DNA of 64,000 nt from Candidatus Bathyarchaeota archaeon (GCA_963780185.1 CAWABA010000009.1:231120-295119), one strand, 5' to 3'; positions 27,286-37,779 are shown, counted from the stretch's first letter. Numbers and translations are program-made. The notes: generated by a model from the letters alone, not told the origin.

Positions 27286-29210
27286 CAGGCAACTACCTCA
27301 CGGATAACCGATTTTCCCTCGATGTTCTGCACGGTGATTACGTTGGAGTCTTGTTGTGCGAAGGTGATTTGGCTGGGTGTGATGACGACGTATTGGGCGT
27401 TTGCGTCTTTGATGACGGCTAAGAGGATTTTCGCGATCATTTCACGGTTTTTCGGGTCCATGTGGATGTCGTATTCGTCGACTGCACGGAAAGGCGAACG
27501 CACATGCTGCTGCAACGCCAAAAGAAAACTCATAGTTGCCGTCGTTCGCTCCCCGCCGCTCTGCGTGTAAGCGTCAAGAGCCACGGGTTTGCTGCCTTTG
27601 AACCCGACGATGATTTCTAAGCCAGCAGTCTCTATGTCCTGACCGTTCGAAAGCTGTACGGCGCCTGACGCCAAGGTCTGGGTCATGATTCGCTGGTACT
27701 CTACGTTTACCCTGTCAAGAAGGCTTTCCATGACTGTTCGCCATGACTGCATTCTGGTTTTGACTTCTTCAAGGGTTTTCTCGCGGTTCTCAGCCACAAG
27801 CTGCACCTTTTCTTTAAGTTCCAAGTACAGTTTTGAGTATGATTCGTACTGGCGTTCTATGTCTTCTGAAACGTCAGCGAGCGCCGCCAGATGCCCGTCA
27901 GTTAAGCGGATTTCATCTTGGATATCACTGGCGCTTTTCGCCGCGGTTATCCGTTCGCCTGACTCCTGCGCCTTCTGGATTGTTGAGTCCAAGTTTTCCT
28001 GAGCTTCTTTAAGTGATTTCTCAAGTTCCTTAAGGTTCACAATTGCGTTTGCCCGCTTGAACTCAAGCAGAGCCAACTTCACCCTTTGCTCAAGCATTTC
28101 ATCCGACGCTTTCCCAGCAGACTCTTCCAAATAATTCATTTCTGCCTGATTCTGCTTAACCCGCTCGGTGGCGCTTGAGAGTTCCAGCTCGGAGTTTTTG
28201 AGCATTTCCTTGAGGTTCTCGTTTCTTAGCAGTTTCAGCTGGGTTTTGTTGGCTTGGATGGCTTGCTGCAATGTTTGGGTTTCTTCAATTAGCTGGCTAA
28301 TCAGCGATTGCACGGATTGGTTCTGGGCGATGTCGTGTTCAAGGCTTAGTCGCTCGTCAAAAATGGCTTTCATGTTCCCTTTCAGGGTTAAAGTTTGATT
28401 CTGGTGCGAATTAAGCTGGTTGAGTATTTCTTGTTTTTCCGTTTCTATTTTGGCGATGGCTTCTTGGTTTTTGGTAAGGTTCACTTTGAGGTTTCTGGCT
28501 GCAGCTTCCCTTTTTTCAACTTCAGCCCACGTAAGAACCCGCTCCAAAAAGCGTTTCTTAATCTGAAGCTGCTTCTTTTCTTGGTATTTGTCGTATTGCT
28601 CGCGCCAGTAAGTAAGCGTCTGCTGCGCCTGCTCCAGCAGTTTAGTGACGGATTCTTCTTGGGTTAGGATTCTTGTAAGTTTGGTTTTTGCCTGCACGAC
28701 GTTTTCGCGGAAGGGTTCCAGCCCGACTGCCGCCTCCACCATGCGCAGTTTTTCGATGTTGCTAAGAACGGTGAATTGTTCAACCATGTTCTGATGCATG
28801 ATGATAAGCATGTTGTCTGGGTCAACGCCGAATTTGCCCAGTAACCGTTCGACGTCCTGTTTGCCTGCGGCGCGGTTTTCAAGTTCAAACCAGTATTTGC
28901 CGTCCCGACGCATCACACGGGTCAGGTAAAGCTGGTCTTTGGGGTATTTCTGCACTGGGCGCTTGTTGCCTTGTTTGCTGTTGTCTAAAATAAGTGTGAC
29001 TCGGGCTTGGTCTTTTCCCCATCTGATTAAATCGCTTAGTTTGCGTGAGCGTTCAGTGTAGGTTTGACCTAGCCCCACGGATATGGCGAGCAGCAGCGAG
29101 GATTTTCCTGCGCCGTTGGGTCCGCCGATTACGTTTACGCCTTTTTTGAGGGGTACCCGTGCGTACTCGTAACTCATGAAATTTTCAAGTATAACTTCTT
29201 GGATTAACAT
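27285..29210 (-). CDS. Short SMC-family ATPase with Smc5/6-type head (ClsN/coalescin-like size)
   Basis: LENFMSY, GPNGAGKSS, Q-loop IIMHQ, long coiled coil, QSGGER, PFRAVDEYDIHMD and QYVVITP; 641 aa, no Cys. Confidence 0.9.
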   Translation of the reverse strand: MLIQEVILENFMSYEYARVPLKKGVNVIGGPNGAGKSSLLLAISVGLGQTYTERSRKLSDLIRWGKDQARVTLILDNSKQGNKRPVQKYPKDQLYLTRVMRRDGKYWFELENRAAGKQDVERLLGKFGVDPDNMLIIMHQNMVEQFTVLSNIEKLRMVEAAVGLEPFRENVVQAKTKLTRILTQEESVTKLLEQAQQTLTYWREQYDKYQEKKQLQIKKRFLERVLTWAEVEKREAAARNLKVNLTKNQEAIAKIETEKQEILNQLNSHQNQTLTLKGNMKAIFDERLSLEHDIAQNQSVQSLISQLIEETQTLQQAIQANKTQLKLLRNENLKEMLKNSELELSSATERVKQNQAEMNYLEESAGKASDEMLEQRVKLALLEFKRANAIVNLKELEKSLKEAQENLDSTIQKAQESGERITAAKSASDIQDEIRLTDGHLAALADVSEDIERQYESYSKLYLELKEKVQLVAENREKTLEEVKTRMQSWRTVMESLLDRVNVEYQRIMTQTLASGAVQLSNGQDIETAGLEIIVGFKGSKPVALDAYTQSGGERTTATMSFLLALQQHVRSPFRAVDEYDIHMDPKNREMIAKILLAVIKDANAQYVVITPSQITFAQQDSNVITVQNIEGKSVIREVVA

Positions 29211-29433
29211 TAACTACTCGATGCCTCTAAATTGAGCGTTCGTAATTATTGGAAAACCGTGTTATTAAAACAATTTGACACGCTTATGCCGATTATCCCG
29301 ATGAACTTGCAGGATTGAATCATTTAAGCAGACACATTTTGTTATTGCAAACAGCTTTTTAACGTTGTTTTTTCGAGATTTTTTTGAATATGCTTTTAAG
29401 GTCAGCCCATGTATATTAGGGCAGGTCTTTGGG

Positions 29434-30712
29434 ATGGCTAGCTCAGAAGACGAAATCTACTCAATCATGTTCTCGTCGCTTAAACATCCAGTCCGACGAA
29501 AAATCATCCGTATGCTCTCCTACAAACCCATGACTTTCATGGATTTAGCCCAACAGCTTGACATCTCCACTTCCAACCTGACTTATCACCTTGAAAGCCT
29601 CGGCGACCTCGTTAACAAGATGGACAGCGGACAGTACAAACTGTCAACTTTCGGTTTGGCAACTGTAAGCGCGATGAAGGGTGTGGAGGAAGTTCCCGAA
29701 GTTGAGCCGAAACGCAGGCTCCAGTTGTCCTTTAAATGGCGAGCCGTCTTCGGGGTGCTTTTGGTTGCTGTTTTGATTTTGGCTAGCTTTTCCGTTCTTC
29801 AGTATAATTCTATGAAGGATATTTCCAAAAAGCAGAGTGGTTTGGCTTCGGAAAACAGGCAGTTGCTGTCTTGGGGGATAGGCACCAACAAAGTTGCTAA
29901 TTTTCTGCAGAACGTAACTCAAATCGACACGAACCAATACACGGTTTCTATGCTTGGCAACACGCTCCAGTACAACACGGAGTTTAATGTTGCCGAGGAG
30001 CTGCTTACGTATTCTCTTACGAACGGACCGTACACTTTCAACGTGGAGATGCGGTTCAGGGACAACCACTTCAGTCGTTACCAACTTGAGATGGGCGAAA
30101 GCTCGCCTGTTTTCACGCAGTCTCAGCCTCTTGATGTACTGCAAGCCGCCGAGGGTGTGCTTGAACGGTACCAAGCCTTCTCAGGTGACGCCTACCTTGG
30201 CCAGATGCGTACCCTAATAGAGGCTGTGAACACGACTGGGTCGACAGTCGTAAGACAAGGTAACATGACACTTCAAGTAACTGTTTCAGGCGGCAGCACC
30301 GAGTTCATGTGGATGTACTCGCAGAGCGGCATTGACTATCAGGCCAAAGGCGTAATGATGACGTTCCAAAACAACATTCTCACAACCATGACAGACGGGT
30401 ACTTCATGTTCACCGTCGGAACCCCAAAACTCACCGTTTCACAGGAACAAGCAGTCACTATGGCTAAAAACTACGTCTCAACCCTGACCTGGAACTTCAA
30501 CGGCACCAAATACACTGGATTTCCCTGTGCTTGACACCCCCGTTTCAGTGCAGATGGTTCCGCATCCGAGAGGCAACTCCGTGGTGCTGGTTCCATACTG
30601 GTACATTATCCTGGGTCTCGACAGGGTTTATCCAGGCGCCGTAAACGAAGTCACCGTAGGCATCTTCGCAGACAACGGGCAAATAGACGGCGTTCAAATG
30701 CTAAGCGCCTAA
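29434..30712 (+). CDS. Membrane-anchored ArsR-type wHTH regulator with extracellular domain, frameshift near 30525
   Basis: LKHPVRRKIIRML...SNLTYHLESL, one TM, large S/T/N-rich domain continuing in the 30527-30712 ORF. Confidence 0.8.
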
Positions 30713-30865
30713 GACTCTACGCTAAAAGTTTTTCTAACCCTGTTTCTTCTTAAAACCACCAGAGGAACCGCTTTCTTTAGGAATCGTAGAATATGGATTC
30801 TGAATTAATAAGACATAATTTGTTTGGGGTGCGATTGTTCTTGATTTCGAATTGGGCGATGCAAA

Positions 30866-31683
30866 ATGGAAAGAAAGCAATGGTCCGCTTCAGAGCCTTT
30901 GATTGAAACTTCCTCACTTACTAAGCAGTTCGGCACATTTCAAGCTTTGAACGAAGTGAATTTGCGGGTTATGCCTGGCGAAGTTTACGGTTTGCTTGGT
31001 CCCAACGGCGCAGGAAAAACAACAACCATCAAAACCATCCTCGGCTTGCAAGAGCCAACTTCAGGCTGGATAAAAGTTGTCGGCTTAGACCCTGCGAAAA
31101 ACCCGATTGAAGTCAAATCAAAAATCGGATACGTCGCCGAAAACCCCATAGTTTACGATTCTCTTTCACCGCGGGATTTCTTGGAGTTTGTGGCATCCAT
31201 CAGAAAAACCCAAAGCGCCTCCACCAACGATTTGGTTGCTCAACTGGCATCCGCTTTTGACATGGCTCCGTACTTTGACTCGCCCATAGCCACCCTTTCG
31301 TTGGGGATGAAGCAGAAAGTCGCCTTGATTGCCTCGCTTATTCATCAACCGCACGTTCTGCTGCTCGATGAACCCCTCAACGGTCTCGACGCCAAAAGCA
31401 GCCGAATAGTCAAGGAGCTGGTTGGGTTTCACGCGCAGAAAGGCGGTGCTGTCCTGTTTTCAACGCATATCATGGAGGTGGCTCAGCAGGTCTGCACGAG
31501 AATCGGCATAATTTACCAGGGCAAAGTAATCGCCGAAGGAACCTTGGACGAGCTCGAGCCAAAACCGAAGGCAGCGGCGGCACATTGGAAGAGGTCTTCC
31601 TGAAGTTGACGCATGAAGAAGACGAGGTCGCTGACACGATGAGGATGCTTAGGGAGGCATTCTTCAAGAATGAAGCTAAATGA
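30866..31683 (+). CDS. ABC transporter ATP-binding protein, 3' frameshift
   Basis: GPNGAGKTT, LSLGMKQ, LLLDEP and STH; after a shift TLEEVFLKLT. Confidence 0.92.
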
Positions 31684-33289
31684 AGCATGGCGCCTCAGCC
31701 AAACGTGTTACCGCGAGATGGTTTATCGTTCGCTTGCTGAGGAAAGGGGGCGAATGTGGTGGGGCGCTTTTGGGCGCAAAAGCCAAGGCAAGGAAACGCA
31801 GGATGACCTTGAGCTGACTAAGAGGGCGCTGCGAATCGCCAAATTCGACAAAGGAGTAGTGGCTTTCTTCAACGTCGTCGTTTCGCTGGCTCCATTCGTC
31901 TCGATGCTTCTTGGAAGCCAAGGCTTCGGGTTAACCAGCGCGGTTTCGCTTAGTTTAGCGGTTACTTTCGGGTTCACGGCGCTTTACTCGATCCAGACTC
32001 TTTCATCTTTTATGAGCCCAGAATCTTCAGCCTTAATGTCCACTATGCCCCTGAATCAAGCTGATTTCTCTTTGGTTACCTTGTTTTCGTTCATCCGATC
32101 CTTCGACTACATGGTCATAGGCTCAATCCTAAGCCAAGTCCTCCTGGTCGCCTACCTGACAGCTTCCCCAATTGCAACCCTGGTTATGCTTGCGGCGTCG
32201 GTGATGAACTCCGTTTTCGCCGTTGCCGTAGCTCTTTGGTTTTCAAGAATCTTCCAAAAGAACATGCTGAAGGGAGGACGTTCGAAAGCCAAAACTGTTT
32301 TGCGTTTATTTTTTATTTTGATGTGGGGTTTGCTGCTGGTCGCCGTAGGCTTCTTATTTAGTCTCCCATGGTACATAGTGCCCAACCTGCAGACAACCCT
32401 GCTCAGCACGGGGCACATATGGAGTCGGCTACTTTGGCTTGTTTACCCCTTCTCAACAGGCATCGTCATAACAGCCTCGGTTTCCACAGTGACCTTTGCA
32501 ACCGTGGTTTTGGCGTCCGCAGCCATGGTTGGATACGTTTTGCTTGCCGTTTTTGCTGGAGAATGGAGTTTAGGAACCGTAAGAAGCGTTTCCCAGGGAA
32601 CAGGAGTCAACATTGTTCGGGTTGCGACTCGGGATTTTTCAGTTAAACCCCGCGGACCGTTGCTTGGTTACGTTCTCAAAGACCTTAAGGTGGCTTCCAG
32701 AAACCCAGCTACCGCCTTCTTCTTCGCGTTGCCCGTCCTTGAAACCGTCATCATAACTCTGCTGGACTCAGGCGTCGGCGTTCTTCGCACAGCTCTGGTG
32801 CTTACAGGCACATCGCTGGGCGCAGTTTTCGCCCTCTTTCTGCCCCTTGCCCTGCTCAGCGCCGAAGGAAAAGCCTTGGAGTACACCAAAACTTTGCCGA
32901 TAAACTCGCGCAGAATCGTCGTCCCCAAGGCGCTGGTTTCCACGGCAACCTACCTCCCCGTCCCAGTGGCTTTAGCCGTTTTATCCTTGTTTGAACCATT
33001 CACTTCGCCCCTTGCCATCCTCATTCCCTTCCTGACGGTGCTGCCTGTGGCTGCGGCAAGCATATTTGAAATCAAACTTTTCCTACGCACAGCCGCCAAA
33101 GGCAAAATAGCCTCGGTTCTTAACGATTTTGAAAAGTTAACAGTCGGAGTCGCCGTCATACTGGCTCCGGAAGTGGCGTATGCAGCCGGGTTCCTTGCAA
33201 CATTTAATCACGCCTTTGCGCTTTTGGCTATGGCTGCGGTTGCGTTTTTGGAGTTTGCGTTGGCTCTTTTGACCATCAGACGCTCCTAA
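31670..33289 (+). CDS. Putative ABC exporter permease
   Basis: Multi-TM; KDLKVASRNP and LKTLPI-like motif; overlaps the ATPase gene. Confidence 0.8.
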   Translation: MKLNEAWRLSQTCYREMVYRSLAEERGRMWWGAFGRKSQGKETQDDLELTKRALRIAKFDKGVVAFFNVVVSLAPFVSMLLGSQGFGLTSAVSLSLAVTFGFTALYSIQTLSSFMSPESSALMSTMPLNQADFSLVTLFSFIRSFDYMVIGSILSQVLLVAYLTASPIATLVMLAASVMNSVFAVAVALWFSRIFQKNMLKGGRSKAKTVLRLFFILMWGLLLVAVGFLFSLPWYIVPNLQTTLLSTGHIWSRLLWLVYPFSTGIVITASVSTVTFATVVLASAAMVGYVLLAVFAGEWSLGTVRSVSQGTGVNIVRVATRDFSVKPRGPLLGYVLKDLKVASRNPATAFFFALPVLETVIITLLDSGVGVLRTALVLTGTSLGAVFALFLPLALLSAEGKALEYTKTLPINSRRIVVPKALVSTATYLPVPVALAVLSLFEPFTSPLAILIPFLTVLPVAAASIFEIKLFLRTAAKGKIASVLNDFEKLTVGVAVILAPEVAYAAGFLATFNHAFALLAMAAVAFLEFALALLTIRRS

Positions 33290-33523
33290 CGGGAATCATT
33301 TTCAGATGCAAGCTATCCCTCGTTTCCTCTTTGCTACCTGAATGTTGCATAGGTCGTGTTTGCATAGAATTGGGGCTTAATTATGAAAAACTTTTTAATA
33401 ACATCTTGAATGCTAGAACATCAATTAATAATGGAGATTCAAGGATATGCCTTATCAACGTAAATTAACAACGGTAACTTCACAATTCAAAGAAACATCT
33501 GTTGCCTCACGGAGAGACCTGTA

Positions 33524-34942
33524 ATGGAGCAGCCTTCGCAGCAACCCGACAATTCTCAGCCTACACCACAGCCTGAACCAGCCCAAGAGCCCCAACAACC
33601 CCAACCTGAACAGCAATCCCCGCAACCCGAACCCTCACCGTCAACCCAACAACCCGAATCTTCGCCGCCTACTCAACAACCTGAACAACCCCAGTCTCCT
33701 CCACAGCCTCAGCCCTCTGCACAACCCGAACAGCCGAAACCATCCAAAAGAGCTCGAAGAAATCGGCTTTTTGCAGCCGCGGTCGTCGCAATAATCGCGT
33801 GCAGCTTATTCGCAGGCGTCTTCGGCTACTATGTTGGAAACATGCACTCTTCAAGCGATCAGTCTAATCTTCAGAGGCAGATTACTAACCTGCAGAACCA
33901 GATTGCAAGCATGTCATCTGACCAGAGCGGCGCCACTCAAGCTATCTCAGAAAACGGTTCCATCTCAGCACTATACAATGAGGTTAAAGATTCGGTGGTG
34001 GTCATAACGGATACGCAGTCAGGCTCGCAGGTTGAAGGTTCAGGGTTCATCGATGACCTAAACGGACAGATGGTTGTCGTCACCAACAACCACGTTATCG
34101 CTTCAGGGACAGGCGTTAGCGTAACCTTCTCGAACGGGGACGGCTACGCCGCAACGGTTTTAGGAGCGGACCCATATGCCGACTTGGCAGTGCTCTCCGT
34201 GACTAACGCACCCGCAAGCGAGTTCCAGCCGCTTCAAGTCGTGAGTTCTTCAACCCTCAGCGTAGGCGACTTCGTAGCAGCCGTCGGCAGCCCATTCGGG
34301 TTAGCTGGCTCAATGACAACCGGCATCGTAAGCGCTCTGGGCAGAACCATAACGGAAACAAGCGCAGGCAACTACCCCATAGCAGACATCATCCAGTTCA
34401 GCGCCCCCATAAACCCAGGCAACTCAGGCGGACCCTTACTGAACGCAGCAGGTCAAGTAGTAGGCATCAACACGGCAGGAATAGAAAACTCTCAGAACGG
34501 CGGCACCGCACAGGGCTTAGGCTTCGCAATTTCCTCAAGCACGATACTGCGAGAAGTCAACTCGCTGGCAAGCTCCGGCAGCTACACGTCATATCCATAC
34601 ATGGGCGTCAGCGTAGCGGACAACAGCTATGACATCGCCACCCAAGAAGGATACAAAGTCACCTACGGCTTGCTTGTTGAGCAAGTTGTAAGCGGAGGAC
34701 CAGCCGACAAAGCAGGACTCAAAGCAGGCACAACCCAAGTCACCATAGATGGAACACAGTTAGCCGTCGGAGGAGACATAATCACAGCCATAAACGGAGC
34801 ACGCATCGTAAACCAAGACGACCTATCAACATACTTAGCTGAGCACACCTCGCCTAGCCAAACAATAACCGTTACAATCCTGCGAAACGGCCAAACCCAA
34901 GATGTCTCGCTTACTCTGGGAACCCGCCCAGCCCCAAGCTAA
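33524..34942 (+). CDS. htrA: HtrA/DegP-like membrane-anchored serine protease with PDZ domain
   Basis: GSGF, TNNHV, DLAVL, INPGNSGGPL and PDZ; Pro/Gln-rich N-terminus and one TM. Confidence 0.92.
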   Translation: MEQPSQQPDNSQPTPQPEPAQEPQQPQPEQQSPQPEPSPSTQQPESSPPTQQPEQPQSPPQPQPSAQPEQPKPSKRARRNRLFAAAVVAIIACSLFAGVFGYYVGNMHSSSDQSNLQRQITNLQNQIASMSSDQSGATQAISENGSISALYNEVKDSVVVITDTQSGSQVEGSGFIDDLNGQMVVVTNNHVIASGTGVSVTFSNGDGYAATVLGADPYADLAVLSVTNAPASEFQPLQVVSSSTLSVGDFVAAVGSPFGLAGSMTTGIVSALGRTITETSAGNYPIADIIQFSAPINPGNSGGPLLNAAGQVVGINTAGIENSQNGGTAQGLGFAISSSTILREVNSLASSGSYTSYPYMGVSVADNSYDIATQEGYKVTYGLLVEQVVSGGPADKAGLKAGTTQVTIDGTQLAVGGDIITAINGARIVNQDDLSTYLAEHTSPSQTITVTILRNGQTQDVSLTLGTRPAPS

Positions 34943-35247
34943 ACTTCGCTGGCTCTCCCATCGGAAAACACCCCTGCCCACTTATTTTTTGGGCTCCATC
35001 CTTATCGGGCAATCAGTCGTCTTCGTTCTCACTTTTTTTGATTTAATTACGAGGAACAAAAAGGGTTCTGTTAACTTCATAAGTGATGAATCTCCCTGTT
35101 AAGAATCGGGTTATGAGTCTTCTACTTGAAAAAGGGGTTTTAACTGTCGGGTGATATAGCCAACTGTTTGTGGTATCCTTCTGTTACCAACAAACCTTTA
35201 TACTAAATTTCAACGCTCACTCGCTAAAGAATGAAGGCACGACTTGG

Positions 35248-35388
35248 TTGGCTAAATGTCCTAACTGCGGTAAAGAGGTTTCGAAACCTGACAGATCACT
35301 TGTAAACTGCGCTTTCTGCATTGAAGCCTATACCTGCACGGCATGCAGAACCTGTTTCAAAGAAGCCCATGAAGCTATTAAAGCCTAA
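35248..35388 (+). CDS. 46-aa CPxCG Zn-ribbon micro-protein
   Basis: MAKCPNCGKEV...YTCTACRTCFK. Confidence 0.6.
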   Translation: MAKCPNCGKEVSKPDRSLVNCAFCIEAYTCTACRTCFKEAHEAIKA

Positions 35389-35653
35389 CCAAAAGGATCC
35401 TGTTCCGTTAACCGACATAGATTTTTAAAAAAGCGACAGAGTTACCAAAAAGAATTAAATGCATTGCACTTTCACAACGAATTAGGCACAAACACTTGAA
35501 AAGAAAAGACGCAGCAGCTTTGCTAAAAGACCGAGCGCCGGCATTTAATTCAACCGACATTAGGTTCTTATCGAAGAAAGAAAACCTGATAAATCAAATT
35601 CGTAAAAAGCTTAAATCCAAAACGAACCAAATGAAAGCAGAGGTGCAACAGTC

Positions 35654-35866
35654 TTGGAGAAGAATGTATTATTGTCGATAACTGTAAACCGAGAAAAAGA
35701 CGAAATTGTTTACCGTGTTAACCGCTCCAACGAATTAGCAAATGAAGAGCTTGAATACTATCTTGAGGAGATAATCCATGGTATCTGCACTTGGAAACCG
35801 GGCGTTTGCAAGGAAACAGCGCAAAACTATACTGGAACAATCCGAAAAAGGAAAACGGGCAAATGA
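35654..35866 (+). CDS. Small hypothetical protein
   Basis: GAGGTG RBS-like sequence upstream; 70 aa. Confidence 0.45.
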   Translation: MEKNVLLSITVNREKDEIVYRVNRSNELANEELEYYLEEIIHGICTWKPGVCKETAQNYTGTIRKRKTGK

Positions 35867-36127
35867 CTTCTTATTGACAGGGCGTAAACTCTGCTTTTTT
35901 GATGGTTCGTTAACTGCTCAGATGCCCCATGCATTTCAATAGGGGAAGACCCGCGATTCATATTTTTGATTCATAATACTTAATTTCCTTTTGCATCAAA
36001 GAATTAGCAAAGACACACAAAAACTGACAGGACATGTTTTACAATCCTGCCCCAAGTGAGAACTAGATGAAAAACCAAAAGAAACGCCTAAAGGAAAAAC
36101 GCAGACTAATCTTGGAAGCGATAAAAA

Positions 36128-36250
36128 GTGGAACCTGATTGTAAGTGTTCTTCTTGCGGTTCAACTGAGACCGAGACCCTCTATGTAGGCGAATTGATAT
36201 TGAGCGTTTGCAAAGTTTGCCGCGCAACCCGGTCAAAAAGCTGGTTTTGA
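36128..36250 (+). CDS. 40-aa Zn-ribbon micro-protein
   Basis: MEPDCKCSSCGSTETETLYVGELILSVCKVCRATRSKSWF*. Confidence 0.5.
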   Translation: MEPDCKCSSCGSTETETLYVGELILSVCKVCRATRSKSWF

Positions 36251-36518
36251 AACACGCTTACCCTTAGCATATGCACGTGGATTATGACTTAATATTTCGT
36301 TAAAGTCTCAGGCAGGGTACATGCAACCAAATATTACGTTTCTTGGAATATGGCTTTTATTCAATGTCTTACTCCTTCAGAATTGCAGAGGGTGAAGGAG
36401 AAGGGCTCTATTAGCCAAGGAGCTGGGAAACTATTCTCAGTTTCTTGGCGAACCTTCTACTGCTCAATCCACCTTGTTCAAGAACCCATTTTTATTCTCA
36501 ATAAACTCGCTCTTGGTT

Positions 36519-36614
36519 ATGTGCCTTGATTGTTTACTCAAGTGCTGCGATGCGTGCGGAAGAATGCCTATGGGCGGCGGAGGCAAATGCTGCTTTACCA
36601 TCTCAATGCAATAA
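36519..36614 (+). CDS. 31-aa Cys-rich micro-ORF
   Basis: MCLDCLLKCCDACGRMPMGGGGKCCFTISMQ*; TTTTATT about 25 nt upstream of the ATG. Confidence 0.35.
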   Translation: MCLDCLLKCCDACGRMPMGGGGKCCFTISMQ

Positions 36615-36648
36615 TTCGGCAAACTTGCATACCAACTGACTACTTGAG

Positions 36649-37182
36649 CTAAATTTTCTTGCACATCTCTTCGCGCCATTTGTTTTCCCAGCTTGCCCAA
36701 CCCGTCTTCACCAAGCTTTCCCTTAAATGAGGCGCTTCACCGACCCACTTCAGAAAGCCCCAGAACCGTCTTTTCTCATGAAGAATCTCCCTGGGGACGC
36801 CTTTTTCCTCGCACCATCGGACGTAGCCGTCTTCAACTAGCTGTTTAAGCGTAAGCGGCGACTCGACTTTTTGGACTTTAAATCCTTGATTTTCCAAATG
36901 CACAATCACGCCTGAGAGGACGTATTCTGAGCAAATCTTAAAGCAAGTTTCGCTGTCAGGCTGCATGACCGCAACAATCTCATCTGCAATCCTTACGGCG
37001 TCAGCTAAGTATTTCTTGCTCTTGAAGTTAGGCGGCTGAAAGGATGCTGTGGGGATTCTACGTTCCATAACCATTTGGTCTGGAGGTTTAAGAGCGCCAA
37101 CCACCACTCCCAGCAAGAGGTCACTCCATCCTGCAGCATCTATCCAAATCGCTTTCCCCGGAAAGAAACAATCAAGCGCCAA
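36649..37182 (-). CDS. Hypothetical protein with RNase H-like N-terminal motif
   Basis: IWIDAAGWSDLLLGVVVG resembles RNase HII GIDEAGRG..GP.VV. Confidence 0.6.
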   Translation of the reverse strand: MALDCFFPGKAIWIDAAGWSDLLLGVVVGALKPPDQMVMERRIPTASFQPPNFKSKKYLADAVRIADEIVAVMQPDSETCFKICSEYVLSGVIVHLENQGFKVQKVESPLTLKQLVEDGYVRWCEEKGVPREILHEKRRFWGFLKWVGEAPHLRESLVKTGWASWENKWREEMCKKI

Positions 37183-37554
37183 ACTAAATCACTGAAGTTT
37201 AATGTGAAGGCTTGAGTTTTTGTATTTTTCCCCTCCTGATGGTTGGGTCAAAAGGGCGTATCGCTTTGAAGACTGAGGAAAATGCTGCCCAAATGCAAAA
37301 TCCGCTTCTGCTATCCCCGCATGCTTGAACTACTGTACATAGAAAAGAAACTCCCACTCACCTGCCCACTGCGGAGCGAAAAGATTGCAGTAACTCTTAG
37401 TAATTGCCGAGACTAAACAGTAGATTGCGTAGTTCTCAAGATCAAGAGTGAGGATGCAAGCCAAACCATGCCAGAATGTTAGACTATTCAAGCTTATTGC
37501 TATTCAAAGTGATTAATGGATTTGCCCGTTGTCTTTAGTGCTGTACGTTGTCTT

Positions 37555-37779
37555 TTAAGCAACGACTTCTTCTTTGCCTACGACTAACTCGTAGTCTTCT
37601 AAGAGCTGTCTAGATTTTGTTTGGCTGAAAACTGAAAGACGGCTCTCAAACGCGGTTACCAAATCATCCAGTAGGATGTACCGCATATCTACGGGTAGGG
37701 CTTTGATTTCGTCGCTGAATACTTTAGCCATCTTGTTTCGTAGGGCTTTTCTACTTTTGCTGTTTTCTTGCTCCAACAT
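37555..37779 (-). CDS. Small hypothetical protein
   Basis: 74 aa; ILLDDLVTAFESRL helical pattern. Confidence 0.6.
   Translation of the reverse strand: MLEQENSKSRKALRNKMAKVFSDEIKALPVDMRYILLDDLVTAFESRLSVFSQTKSRQLLEDYELVVGKEEVVA

Noticed and set aside
25819-29210. Wadjet (JetABCD) or Rad50/Mre11 assignment
   Set aside because: No Toprim JetD or Mre11 nuclease adjacent, no CxxC hook, and the SMC is far shorter than JetC
33530-33745. CAACC/CAGCC-rich repeats
   Set aside because: They simply encode the Pro/Gln-rich HtrA N-terminus
35083-35129. Second C/D sRNA candidate (GTGATGA...TTATGA...TTGA)
   Set aside because: D and D' boxes are non-canonical and I could not identify a target
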